Below are positions 1-14,094 of a stretch of DNA of 64,000 nucleotides, piece by piece. The stretch comes from Ophelia neglecta (lineage: Eukaryota): assembly GCA_965285935.1 (NCBI GenBank), contig OZ260666.1, forward strand, positions 52,266,001 to 52,330,000, read 5' to 3'. The notes under the pieces were generated by a model. That model was not told the DNA's origin, made no database searches, and worked only from the letters and a program-made list of their open reading frames with translations. The first letter of the stretch is position 1; each line of letters starts with the position of its first letter. A program made the position numbers and the translations under genes.

Positions 1-3000
1 GACAGAGGAAGGGGGAGAGGGGGTTCCTGAGTCACTGTCAGGAAGGACAGGGGTACCAGAAGGAAATGGTTAGAGAACAGATAGGGGACAAGTGTCCAAT
101 ACTGGAGGCTGATGGAGGCAGGCCCTTCATGGGGTTGGGAGGAGGGGTGTATGTATTGAAACTTTGAAGAATGCTTGTACAAGGTGGATAGTTTAAAGAA
201 TTGAAAGTATTTTATATGTGCAAATTAAGATGAGTGTTTGTATATTTATGTGTTATACTTCAAAAATACTCACTTCTAGTTCACAAGTTTATTAACTGTC
301 TGCCTCTTATTTGGAGTATGTTTGTTATAATGCAGATAGACTTTGTTGGATAACAAAGTTTCTGCTTTTAAGTTTGTCTGCTGCAAGGATTATTATTGAT
401 CAAAACAATCACTTTCAAATAATGACACAACATTTTGACAGCATATTTTGATACTGTGTCATACACTGTAGTTAATATTTGATTCCCTATTTATTACATA
501 CATGTAGATCCTTTGATTACACTAAATGGACCTAAAATTACCACCCTGCCTATTGTCTGAGGCCACTCATGCTCAGTCCATACTCACTCCACCCTAAATG
601 ATAGAAGATTTTTTCTCCAGTTGATAATAAAAAGTGTGTCTCAAGATTTGGAAGATTTGTGTGGAAACTGGATTGACTGTTCTGTACTGTTGTCTTCTGC
701 CAACTGCAGCCATTCCATTCCGTGTTAAATTTGAACACAATCCTCAGTTATCGGCGCCCTGAGCATCACATTCATGTGATTTATATTGACTTAATTCTTG
801 TTCCGGGAGGGGAGGAAAAAAGTACTATTTGCCTGAATAAAATCTATTGACAGACTGGGTATGTTCGATATTGTGAGGCACTTAAAATTGCCTCAAACCA
901 ATGAAAACCAAAGTGGAAAATTCAAATCAATTATCATCTAAATTACCCTAGGCTGTGGAAAGGTTTGATAATCACTGGCTTCAATCTTTGAAAGAACAAC
1001 TGTCATGTATGACTTTCAGCAAGAAAATACTAGCTGAGAGACAGTACCATTTGATGAGGTAATTTCTTTGTTACAGTTGATCTCTTACTCTTCATTAAGG
1101 TTGAACTATGCCCTTCCTGACAGAATTACCCTGTAGTAAATTACAGGCTTTTGACAGCGAGAAGGATCCTTTGTGGAATCAAAAGCCACAGCCTCGGGTA
1201 GAAAAGAGGGTAATTATTTTTGCTAAAATGGAGCACTCCTTAATGTTGTAATAAAACAATCGGAGAATACTGTTTGCATAAACAGAAAACTGCTTCACAT
1301 TTGGTGAATATTTGTTTAACACCAGAAAGAATTGGAGGATGAGAGTTTAAAGAAGGTTTAGGCCCTGATTATGTTGGCATGATTGGTTAGTGGCAAGTGG
1401 CATTGTGGTGGTATATTATGAGTTTGGCATTTCCCTTGGGTAATTTACATACATGTACTGTACATGAAATGTTAGAGACCCTGGAAGAGCCGAAGGCTAA
1501 TCGTTTGATAGGTTAGTCCCAGCAGGTCATCAACCGAGCAGCTTTCAGGGTGTCTAAGCTCTTCTTTGGGGTAAGCACATCGTATCTGGACAGGAAGGTT
1601 TAAAGTTTTTAGTGATCCAGTTAAGGCAGTTTTCATCCCTAGTTTTGTTTTCGTGGAATGCTCTAACTTCCGACAGACATGTATCCAGACCAGTAGGGTG
1701 GACGTTTGTACTAGCTGTTGTCAGAGGGCATCAGAAATTAGTCGGCCATAAACGAGCAAAGCTGTCGCCAAGACTCCACTTTCAGTTTATGCAAATGAGG
1801 TCAAATGGTGCGGCACAGAATGAAAAATTCACCGAGGCTGATTACTCATTGTTCTGGGCTGGTGCTTGTCTCGATGCTTGTGATAAACATGGACTTCACA
1901 TTTGCTAAAAAGCTATAAATTATCAAATGGCCATTGAAATTTATGCATGCAGCATGTTTTGCTGAAGGGGTTGAGCAGAGGATATTCTGGTTATGGGAGG
2001 GAGGCAAGGAGAGGCGACTGGCTCACCTTGGCTGGCCTAACTTGATTACAGGAAATGCCATCAGTAGATTCCAGGAGCCCCATATGGATACTCCCCAGGG
2101 CTAAGGATACACCAGCCGTACAGTTATTGTTTGGAATATCAGTTTCAGTAAACAAAACCTGGCGTTGAATACATTAGAGATCTGCGCTCGGAAACAAACC
2201 TGCCGGCAGTGCTCAGCTGTGCAATAATCTGTAAGGTTATGAGAGCATATGTCCTGCTTCGTGCGCTTACCAAAGTTTGATGAATGGTGTAAATCTCTTT
2301 AGGAGTGGATTTATTCCTTTGTAATGGAGAATACACCATAAATGTTATTATATGAATATCAGACATATAGACGACTTCATGGCATATTTTGCCTTGTGCA
2401 TGCAGTACTTGTGTGTGGCGATCTTTATGCTAATGGATATAGTACAAACAGAGCATAGGAGCATTCAATTAATTTGACAATTTTCATAAGTGCTGATTAT
2501 TTTATGTATGTCAACATGGCTAGCTGGTTTAGGATAGGAAAGAAATCAAAAAAGGTAAGATATCTGTAATATTTTAAATTAAAATTTTAAGCGGATTAAC
2601 TCTCACTGCACTGACAAAACAAAATACAACTAAATGTAGACTAGAGATGCTGTGTAGTATGTCTGGAAGCCATGGCTGGTTGTGTTAGGGTCCGCCATGT
2701 GACAGATTGTACAAAAAGCTCCTTGTTTGGTTTAGTCCCCCTTCACCTTCACATCAAATCTGCCACGGTTTAAGGGAAGTCAATTGTCAAAACAGTCAGT
2801 GAGTCATAACTGGTTACAAATACCAACTCTGTGGTGTATTTAAACAAAGCTCCACCCTGAATCTGGGATTTAAATAAAATAATATGTAGTTAAAACAGGA
2901 AATTTTATAAATATTCACAGTTCTAGTCGGTAATTATAACAGTGAACATCAGAATTATAATCACTGTAATTTCACTACAGGCTATGGTCCTTGGGGTGTT

Positions 3001-6000
3001 CAGACCTGCAGGGCTCAAGTTTAATCAATGCAAAGTCCAGGCACTGGCAATGAATAATTGTGTTTTGTGTGTTCAATATGCCATGATCTGATCAGTGGGT
3101 TGCCTGATATCGGGCAATCATAAGGACCACAGCTTTGGAAGTTGATGCATTGTTATGGACTCAGTTGATGACCAATGTCCAGCGGTCAGAGTGGACATTG
3201 GACCAGACACGTGCTGCTGGACACATTAGATGTGTGCATACCATGTGGGCAAACTTCACATTCTATCAATTGCATTGGTATTTTAATTACAGAATGTTGA
3301 TACTCAATCTTAAATCCTTTATTGATTTACAGATTTTCAGATTCAATACCCAAACAGTGGCTGCCATATTGAGAAATAGCATGATTGAAGAGACCAGCAA
3401 GAATTCAGTTTAAGTGGAATGGCTGCCATATCTGTTTGTGATATTAATCATCCTGTATGATAAAAGTATGCAAAACCATGCCGTACAGTAAAGTTTTGCA
3501 GGCAGCAGACAAATTGGATGCTGATTATCTCCAATCTCCTCCTATCTGACTAATGTTGTAACATATAAACTATTGTCATCAAAAATGATCATGCCATCAT
3601 GTTTTATGTCTCTCGTCTCTCCACACAGTGTTTGCAGACGTCATGATTAGACACACAAGCAGCTACCCATTATTTTACCCTCACAAATGGCCCATATCGC
3701 TGGTGTAAATGGAATTTTTAAAACCGTTCAGATTGAGTGTAGTAATGTCATGACATTGTAGACAGTACTGAGACTGATTTGATTTGTGGGGACACCCATC
3801 ATTTCTGTCCCAGGTGACAGGACCAATCCACCGGGGAACTCTGGTGACAGCCTGACCAGCCTCTATTGAGTTAGGGCTCCAGATGAGGATAAGATTTATA
3901 TCCCTCACCTAAATTGATAGAATCATTAAATGCCTTAACCTGATTTCCAGGGTCATATCCTCAGGCACTTCTCCCGCCTCTTTCTCTATAGATTTCTTAT
4001 AAGCCTTCTTGTGAGTGTTGTGATTTATGGATGTTATCATTAGATTCCTAGACGCAAATGCACAACATCTTCTTTTTCGTGGTTATTAATGACAACAGAC
4101 TGCCCATCATGTACTGGGAATTATGCACCAGCTAGCTCCAGTAAAAGCAAGGCCTGGAGTATTCAAAGCCCTGAAACTGGCACATGTGAAATGACTAGAC
4201 ATGCATATTGTATGCTATCAGCCCTGTGTATGCTATCAGCCCTGTGTACAGAATGAAAGTTTATTCACTAGATGTCAGCTCTGTCCATAGGAATCAGAGT
4301 GAAACTTAGTGTCATATATTTCATAAGAATATGTCTGCTGTTCATTTCTAAGATCCTTTCTTCATTTTTTATTAAGGAAGCACCCCCCCCCCCCTCCCCC
4401 TCCCAGACTCACATTCATCAGTGGACCCTTCCCCTCTTCTGCCTCCCCCCCCCCCTCCCCACCTCCCATTTTGGCCTTGAACTCTACATATAAGCAAATG
4501 TTTCATTTTGTCCTTCTGGGCCCCCCAACAATGGTAAATCCCCTGCAATTTCAAGATAAAACGTAGCAAGCATTGAAAGCTGAATACACTTTAGACAAAT
4601 GGCAGACATGCTTTTTACTGGAAGCTCAACCACATGTAGTGTGTGGGTATATACAGTACATGTATATATTGTTTCCACATGAACCAGGGTTTATTTGTAT
4701 ATGAGTATGGCTCATCTGTGCCCTTGAGTGCTATAAGCTTTAGGTGTATTGACACAACTTTAAACTCCCAACCCCCTCTGCACTCTCTCTACACCAATCT
4801 ACTAAATAGGATTGGGAAAAAACTAGCAATTGACTAGCTGTATAGTTATACCCCATTGAAGGTCGCCTGCTGCTCAGTCCTATCAGGGAAAATGCAGACA
4901 TTCACAAATTGATACTTTTCGGGTGATATTTTCTTTGCCATCAATACTTATAACAGCTTGTCAGAGAACCAGGTTCTTTAAAGCCATTTTCTCACAAAAG
5001 GTGTATTTGACAGCAGAGGTTGTACCTTGATATTAATGGCCATTAAGGCAAGGACCGAGGACAGCCACTCAGACCTGGGTCCCTCGCTGGCTGCAAAAGT
5101 GACATTTCTTCTGGCCCTAGGCTAGTCTTCATGGCAACATGTCTGACTGAGTATTGGTCAGGCTTCTCTTCATGTGACTCAGTCTGCTGCCATTCTATAA
5201 AAATATCCTAAAATTTGTCTGGGGAAATTTCCACCTGACAGGGCTCTTGTTTAAATGGCTTTAGATATTTTCAGTCTGCAAAGAGCAATTAGGTTTTTTT
5301 TATTTTTCCAAACTTCACATTGAGAATACTCAACTTGTGTGTAAAACAAAGTGAACAGTGCAACACTAGGACTTACATTTTATGGGCAAAATAATTAAAT
5401 AAAGAGAAAAACGAATAATATTAACGTCTAGCATTTTATATCTCCTAAATCTGGCCATTGTCTTTGCTTGCATATAATTGAAACAATTATAATCTATAAT
5501 TGTAAGTTTACAGACATGATAGTTATTGATAAATGTGTATTTCATTACTGATATATAATCCGTTTTAATAGTCTTTCATCCTTTCCTGATTCAGGTAAGA
5601 TGTTAGATAGAGGCTACTTGTAGGTTCCTACTAAACACAGAGACAGCAGGCTCACTTTAGTCTAAAAACAAACATTTAGATACGGGTGGGCTGACATTGT
5701 TTGGGTTCATTCTAAGGAAGCCCCCAACAGACCACAAGCCCCTCTCATGGGAAACAGAATCCTTTAATCTCCTTGGACACCTGTTTACATTAGAAGCAGG
5801 AAGTTAGTATAGGGGCTAGGGGCAGTTTAGAATTAGTACTATCTCTTCTCTGTTTAACAACTGTGTTATTGGAATTATTTTAAACAGTGATTTAATTCAT
5901 GTTGGCTTGAAAACTGTTTGAAGTCATCTTATGTCATGTTGGGGGAGAAGAGGTGGGGGGGGGGGGGTTTAAATAGTTTATACCATATGCCAGGAATGGG

Positions 6001-9000
6001 TTCTGACATATTCCCAGGGTCATTCTACGGTCAGTATGTTTTCTCCTCAGTATGTATTCTTGGACAGTAAGTCTTCTTGGAGCTCAGCATATCTTTGTAT
6101 GCGTAGCTTTGTCCCCTAATATCAGCGCAAGCATCGGAGGAAATCATGTGAAATCTTATAATTGGAAGCTTGATTGAAACCCCTCCTGTCCAAACTCAAG
6201 AGGTCAACATTGCATACACGCTCACTGGGTGAAGAGGGAACAGCACATTCTGGTCAGAAATGGCTCACAGCCATTAAAATATCACAAAGATGTCCGTACT
6301 TCATCAATAAAAAAAAAGTGCCCCCAAGAGACAGGACTCACTTAAATCATAATTTGGTAATTGCTTGTGTAGAGATAACTAGAGCTGAACTAGTACCCTG
6401 TACCATTTAGGTGTGAGGGGGGGGGGGGAGGGGGGGGGGGTTAGTGCCTTTCAACATTAATTGTCAGATTATGACATCAGGAAGATAATTATTACTCATT
6501 TCCCATTCAGAGTATTGGGGTTATGAGGCTGATTTGTTTATAGTGCACAGATTAAGGTACTGATGGCATGACAAGGGTGATTTGATACATACCCTGCTTA
6601 TTACCCAGCCCCCTGGCTCCAGCCTGTTAGGTCCCTCCTAAGAGTGTGGGCTAGGTAGGTCAAAATATTTCTTTTTTATTTCTTACCTCAACACATGTTA
6701 ATAGAGTGGTTACAGGAGGTACCTGTATTGTCTTGTAAGCTTGGCTACTCCTTTCTTGACTTGTCTTCATTTCATTCTGGGATGTCATACAGATGATGGA
6801 CAGGTCAGGGCAGGAGAAATGCTTTATAACATTATACACTGACTGATGTCAATATTTATAATGTCCTTTTGATTTTTATGTCATGTGTACTTTGGTTAAG
6901 GCAAAGTTTCATTTTAAACTTAATTCAAGCCTTCTTCTACTTGTGTAAAATGACCTCAATAATAATGTTTAAGGACAAAACTGATATTGTTTTAATGTCA
7001 TGAAGGCTTTTTGAAAAATTATAACCCTCACTTTCGAATAATCATTTATTGGCCTACATCTTTTTTTTTTCTTTTGTAGCATGTTATAATTTCCCCATTA
7101 AGTTGGTAAGAGATTGCTTAGTGCTTGTTGTTGTATATCTGATATACTGTACAAGTACATGTACATGTACATGTATGCACACAGAGCCACAGCCACCATT
7201 GGCTACCCATGTAAGTATCCACCTGCTGCCAGTTAGCTGCTAGAGTGTTTTGCCACTCCTGGGAGCTTGCTACATGTACTGGCCACCCTGTGTGTACCAG
7301 GGCTGGCTAATGATCCCTCAGACTCTCAACCTGGTGTAGGCAGTAGGCAGTGTGTACATGTCCTCTCACATCCCTCTCCTTCCTGAGAAGTGGACCTGCT
7401 AGCCCTGGTGCTAGCCCTGGGGTAAGGGTGTTGACAACCCTCCTAGACTGTCCCCCTGCTGCTATCTCTCCAGCACAGCCTCAGATGAGGACTGGCCAGG
7501 TGAACATAGCACATATCAGGTGTTGTCATCAGCCTGAGTGCTGGTAACCAGCATTGTAGATCAGGCCATTACCCCGGAAAAGTATTGTGGATTAGGCTGC
7601 TCAAATACCGCCATCATTGTGGATTAGGTCCCTCAGGGTGAGATAGTTGGTCTTCTAGTGGATAATCTCAGTGGTCAACAGACATGGTCAGCCAGGAGAA
7701 CACTAGTGGTGTGTGTCAAGTCGTGAGGTTTAATATGGAGTTCTGAACAGTTTTCAAGATTGGCTATCTTAGCGGCTGTCCTTGGCAGTATAGGCAGTGT
7801 GGTCGCTCCTCTGACTTGGCAGGTGGCTTTACCTGTACTGTGTCTACCTAGGAGTATGTTACATCTGAGGCCAGGGATCTCACCACGCCAGGCTACAGTC
7901 ATAGAGCAGATCTAACTGGATATGTAACAGGAATCAATCATAAACATGAAACATGTATAATCTCTGAACACATCCGTGGATAGGTCACAGATACAGCCAG
8001 AGATGATTTGTGGAATTTGTTTCTAGTCTTAACAAGCTAATATCAGTGTAGTATTACATGTGTGTAGGATTACTCTAGATGTGTATGTATTGAGGTTTGT
8101 GTTCACCATTATGGAATAAGCATTAAATGGATTACTAGGCTGGATTGTCATAACTGGACCTTGCCTAATTCTGTGATGGTAGGGCATCACAAGACCAAGT
8201 GGTAAGCATCAAATGTACATTTTCATGTTTTGTAATTTTTCCCTCTGATCTAGTTCAGCATTGTGTAAAATGGTATCCCAAATATAATATAAGTCAACTA
8301 GCTGTTATTATTTAACCTGGCTCCTGATATGGAGGCCTGGCTACTGCTGTCTTGTGACCATTTTAAAAGCCAACAGTTGGGTGACAGATTGTGTTTAGTA
8401 AAGCTGCCCCTGGCAGTTCATCAGTCCTGGGTGTACAGGTCCCCTTCATAACATATTCACTGTGTACCTGTTAGTATTGACTGTAGCTGAGGATGGTGAC
8501 TGTCACTAGCTTATAGTTTTACCATAACTCCACACATTTTTCACTGCATAAAACCGGTTTATTGATCATGATCCCTGCTCAGGTAAATTGAGCTCGTCAT
8601 CTAGAAATTCTTCATGCATCTTTGTGTTCTCTGTGATAATCCGTTGTTTGAAGGATCAAGTCGAGGCTGTATTCACATGAGGCTGTGCATTGCCTGGGGA
8701 CACCAACCTGTTATAGATTCTCAATATATTCATGCCAGGGTGCGAGTAAATCAACATGAATATATTGGAGAGCAGACATTCCTTACATTTGGCTGATGTG
8801 GGGCTGAGAGTTTATAAAGAAGTCTCGGTAAATGCATCACTCAGCCCCTCCCTCTTCAAATCCCATTTAATTATGATTTGTAGCAGACTCAAGTCAAGCT
8901 GCTTACAGCAGCCAAGCTCCTCCAGCCCAGCAGTTGTGGACATTTTGTACATGTAGTAATTGCCTTTCTGCGCCATTTTTTAGCTCAGTTTGTAGCAGTA

Positions 9001-10914
9001 GTATGCCGAGGGCCAGAGCAGCCACCAGCAGGCTATTAAAGTGCAGAAGCCCACCTCCACAGGTTGACATGTGTTTTCTGGTTGTGAGATTTACTTGTGT
9101 GAGGTAGCCTGCTTTATTGTCTGATCATCTCTGGAGGGCAGGCAAAGCATGGAAGACACACACCTCTCATTATATGTGTGTTATGTCAACAAATCACTGC
9201 CCAGGTCGTGCTCAAACCTCCCTCCAGTATTCTGCTCCAGATTTACTGCTCTAAATGTTACATTTTCCTTGTTTTTTTAAGCCCACACACAATCATGTTC
9301 TCTTTCACTACATTCATGTATATAAACTAATGAGAGCATGTATTTAAAAATAACATCAGGGCAATTAACCTGCTTGTAGCTTTGTGCTCCTGAGCAGGTA
9401 GGCTCCTCCTATTGACCAGCTGCCTGCATGCTCTGGGGCTTTGTTCTGCTTAAGTGGCTATTCCAACAGTGCTTGGTTGCTATGGATTTCATTCAGAGAC
9501 CTTGAAAGTGATGACACATGAAGACTGTTTTACAAGATGTTTTGCATTTTAAAGTCTTTTGAAGAACTTACTATTAGAGTGCTCTTCCATGTTGAACCCT
9601 GCAGTGCAAAGTGGATTGCTTGTAAAACGGCAGAAGATGTTGCATTTTCATTCAATGAGCATTTGATGATCAAAAATTGTGAGAGGTAATCAGTTCAGAT
9701 AGCAGTTGCATGTAGCTTTTTATTGTTTTGTTTTTAGGCGGGTGTATCTTTTTATGCAGTCACACCCATCATCTGACCATTTTTATGCCCTCTTCCCTCT
9801 CAGAAAGCATTTATTGAAAATAAATGTCAGAGTTAGCATTTCTTTATCTGGTGCTGAAGACAGGCCCCCCAGTGTGATGGCATCCTTCCGACAGCCAGGT
9901 CACCAGGTATGTAGTTTGGGTGTATTATGTCAGAGCTGATCATGTATTTACAGCCTCCTCAGTCACATCTCAGCTGACTTTATCTCCTGGATCAACACTA
10001 CAAGTCTACTCTCTTTGTAATACCTCATGTTCAAGTGGCTTTGAGGCACTCGAGTATCCTTGTTGAGAATTTTACTATTTCCCAGGAAGCCTGAGTTGAA
10101 TAGTTATTTATTTGACATGATTTTGCACATACCATTAGGCAGTTTCACATTATTTATGTGTTTATATACTTCCAATGAGCTTGATGAGTAAACTATCCAA
10201 GCTTACAAACGTCATGTCTAACATTTATGGCTGGTACTTCATAAATGCAGTTCATGATGGCAAGGTATGACCCTAATAAGAGTCTACAGTTAGAGGTCAG
10301 GTCTTCTTTATTTTATGGGAAAACCTCCCTGATGTGAAATTCTTTGTCTAATTGTCATATCAAGATCTGGGAGAATGGTCTGTTATCGGTGTAAGACAGT
10401 TTAATGTGTGGTATGATGAAGTAAATTACATGTATGCACATTACCGTAGGGTGTAAATCAGGCTGTATAGACACCCTGGACAGTTTAACACCTCAATGGT
10501 ACTTGTTGGCTGAACTTTGTTGAATTTGACAGATATGATCATAGGTGAAGTCTTTTGGTCATACCGCCTTTCTTTGGCCCCATCAGCACATGAGGACAGG
10601 TGTCATCAATGTGTAAGAGAAGGTGAAGGCACCATATTGGAGAATTGGCTGACAATCCTTTGAAGGTATTCTCTTGTTTTGTTATGGCCTCGGGCAGTAC
10701 ATATAGCTTACCTGGTCTTTTGTTTGAGAGTTCGTGTCTGAATATGTATATGTCTGGTGTGGCTTGTTCTGTCAGCTTAATGGACTGTAACACAAAAAAT
10801 AGCACTATTTGACAGAAATAGCCATCAACAACACTAGATTTGACCATTTGCTCAGAATGTGATTGGTAATTCATCATGTATTAATGCAGTTTAGTGTTGA
10901 TAGGGTTATAGACC

Positions 10915-11025
10915 TGGGTCTAACCATGACAGTCTAGAACATGGGAATATAGAAAATGACCATTAGAGGCTAGAACATGGGAAATATAAGAATGCCCATG
11001 AAAGTCTAGGACACGGGAAATACAT
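10915..11025. repeat. Short decayed tandem repeat (three copies of ccatgacagtctagaacatgggaa..., about 37 bp)
   Basis: Direct reading. Confidence 0.7.
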
Positions 11026-12318
11026 GTATTGACAAATACTTGTAGTCATCTAAAAAATGATAATGTTTGTTGAACATTAAGACATACTCGTTAGATAATT
11101 TTATACTCAAAACATAGTATTGTTTTGTCTCTTTTACTTGCATGTTTACACTGTTATCTTATTAAACAGAATTTTTTATATTTAAGCGCTGTTTACCTGA
11201 GTATTAAATGTAGTATTAAGTCAATGTATGTTTTGACAGGCATCATGAACAAATGGTACCATTTTGATAAGTTTATTGATTATTTATGGAATCAGACTGT
11301 CGGGTGTATGCTATCAGGATGTGTTTTTATTGCCATGCAATGCAATATTATGTCAATAATCCTCAATGATAAAATAGGAACAAAGCAATCACAATCAATG
11401 GCTTATAAGTTGTGAAAACTACGAGGACACCAGCATCAAAAATTAATACCGTTATATTCTAATGATAAACAATTATGTTCTACTCAATACTATGGGTGAA
11501 TTGTTTTATAAATAACATGTTGTTTCTTGTTTTGATACAAAGCATTGGATCTGTTTGTGTCATCAGATTTGTCTGTTAGGTGACATTGTGCTGAGATATT
11601 ATTTGTGTGTTAATGATAACCTTAGACAAATTAAAGCAGGTTAATCATAAACTTGTATATTCTGTGTCTGAGTATGAAATAATCACAATGTACTGGGGAC
11701 CACCTGGTCTGATAATAAAGTCCATTGTGGTGGAAAACCAGAGTTCAGGGGTTGTGAATGATTGTAACAGAAAAATGAAGTTAATAACACATTGGTGATA
11801 GGTTTATCAATTATCCTATAAGCTTCATGCCAGGAAAATTATAAACCTGATGGGGGTAAGTGGAAAAAAAGATTGATTAGGTGACAAAACTGATCAATTG
11901 TCTCAACTAATAACAAGCAAACTACCATCAAGAAGGTCACACTAGTACATCACTTGAGCAGGACTTAAACTGGTAGTTTACTTAAAACATGGTTTTCAGG
12001 ACACATTAAATCACACTGGTCTTGATAAATAGGTCAGATGATTTTTCATTATTTTCATATCAGTTGATTTAGGATAAGTCAGCCTAAGAAACCATGTTCT
12101 TATCAAGTTTATAGACAAGAGGGTCAATTAGTTACCTTGGGGTGAGAGATTGGAGTGGTGGTGATCTCACTCGATCACCTGTACTTGACTGGCTGGTGGG
12201 TGACAGTATCAGGTGGCCATGAGTTCCTGTCTGTCCCTGTGATTTATACAGGTGTCCTCCTGGTGAGAGGGTTATATATGTCTATACATGATCTGATACA
12301 TGATGAGTGTGTCTACTG

Positions 12319-13400
12319 GGCCAGGAGTTTGTATTATAACTGTAATAGTCTGGGAGGACAAGAGATGTGTATTTCATCTTGGAGAAGAGTCTGGATGGGA
12401 GGTGTACTATAACTGTGAGGGGAGTCCTGAAAGGCCAAGGGATGTGTACTATAACTGTGTGGGTACCTCTTCCAGGGACAAGGGATGTGTATTATCACTG
12501 TGAAGGGTTGCTTGGAGGGCCAAGGGGTTCATATTATAACTGTGAGGGGAGTCCCGAAGGGCCAAGGGATGTGTATTACTACTGTGTGGGCCCTCTTCCA
12601 GGGACAAGGGATGTGTATTATCACTGTGAAGGGTTGCTTGGAGGGCCAAGGGGTTCATATTATAACTGTGAGGGGAGTCCTGAAGGGCCAAGGGATGTGT
12701 ATTACTACTGTGTGGGCCCTCTTCCAGGGACAAGGGATGTGTATTATCACTGTGAAGGGTTGCTTGGAGGGCCAAGGGGTTCATATTATAACTGTGAGGG
12801 GAGTCCCGAAGGGCCAAGGGATGTGTATTACTACTGTGTAGGCCCTCTTCCAGGGACAAGGGATGTGTATTATCACTGTGAAGGGTTGCTTGGAGGGCCA
12901 AGGGGTTCATATTATAACTGTGAGGGGAGTCCCGAAGGGCCAAGGGATGTGTATTACTACTGTGTGGGCCCTCTTCCAGGGACAAGGGATGTGTATTATC
13001 ACTGTGAAGGGTTGCTTGGAGGGCCAAGGGGTTCATATTATAACTGTGAGGGGAGTCCCGAAGGGCCAAGGGATGTGTATTACTACTGTGTGGGCCCTCT
13101 TCCAGGGACAAGGGATGTGTATTATCACTGTGAAGGGTTGCTTGGAGGGCCAAGGGGTTCATATTATAACTGTGAGGGGAGTCCCGAGAGGTCAAGGGAT
13201 GTGTATTACTACTGTGAGGGGGGTCTGGGAAAGAGTTACAGGGCATGAATTGTAAATTTGAGGTGATTCTGGGAGGGCTAAGGGGGTGTGTATTATAACT
13301 GTAAGGAGGTTTTAGGAGGGACAAGGACCTGTATTATAACTATGAGGAGATTCTGGCTGGACAAGGAGTGTGCATTATAACTGTGAGGTGGTTCTGGGCA
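12319..13400. repeat. Minisatellite of 42-bp monomers, organised centrally as a 126-bp (3x42) higher-order repeat
   Basis: Three subunits (gggccaagggatgtgtattactactgtgtgggccctcttcca / gggacaagggatgtgtattatcactgtgaagggttgcttgga / gggccaaggggttcatattataactgtgaggggagtcccgaa) repeated about 5.7 times almost perfectly; degenerate monomers on both flanks. Confidence 0.95.
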
Positions 13401-14094
13401 AGGGCTGATGCTAGCATGTGTTTCTGTGTCTACTAGATCTTGTACAGAAAGCTCATGAAGAGTTTAGTTTCTAGCAAAATCCTAAGTCAAATGATTAATA
13501 ACATACATTAAGACCTGTTGATCAGTTCAGTCTTGAAGATGTTAACTTCAGTAATGAGTATTACATGATTGTATTATATATATTTGATGTAGCTGTTAGA
13601 AAAGTTGGTTTTGATGTCAGAGAAAGGGAAAATAGGTGAAATATGAACTTTGCAAGTTGGCCTTTTAAGCCCATGTACTGAGTACTGAGTAATTGAGTTG
13701 CCAGTCATAAGATAAATCCTGACAACCTGTTACTAGATGACTCAACACAAACTGAGTGAACCTCAGATTACAGAGAACTTCTGAGCTTTATCAAGTAACT
13801 AATGGCCCTGTTAACTGTATAGCCTTCTTCTCAGCTGTACAAATGCATAATTAACATTCCTAGTTCTGCACAAAGGCTAAAAACATGACAGGGTTACAGG
13901 TTATTGATAAGGAATTTGGCATAATTGAAGTAAGATAACACTTCTGTTATTGTTTTGTGTGGGTTTTCTTAGAGCTGTAGTAAGTTGGACTGATCTTAAA
14001 GATAAGGTAGGGACAAGAGCATCCTCCAGGAGTACAACTCTTTAAAGAAGGCCTGACCAAAGAACTGGTTTTTCAGAAGTATATGAAGAAGTAG

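Noticed and set aside
12367-13324. 293-aa Cys/Tyr/Gly-rich ORF (shell-matrix or keratin-associated-like look) and a 291-aa antisense ORF
   Set aside because: Coincides exactly with the 126-bp repeat, is open on both strands, and has no signal peptide or synonymous-biased divergence.
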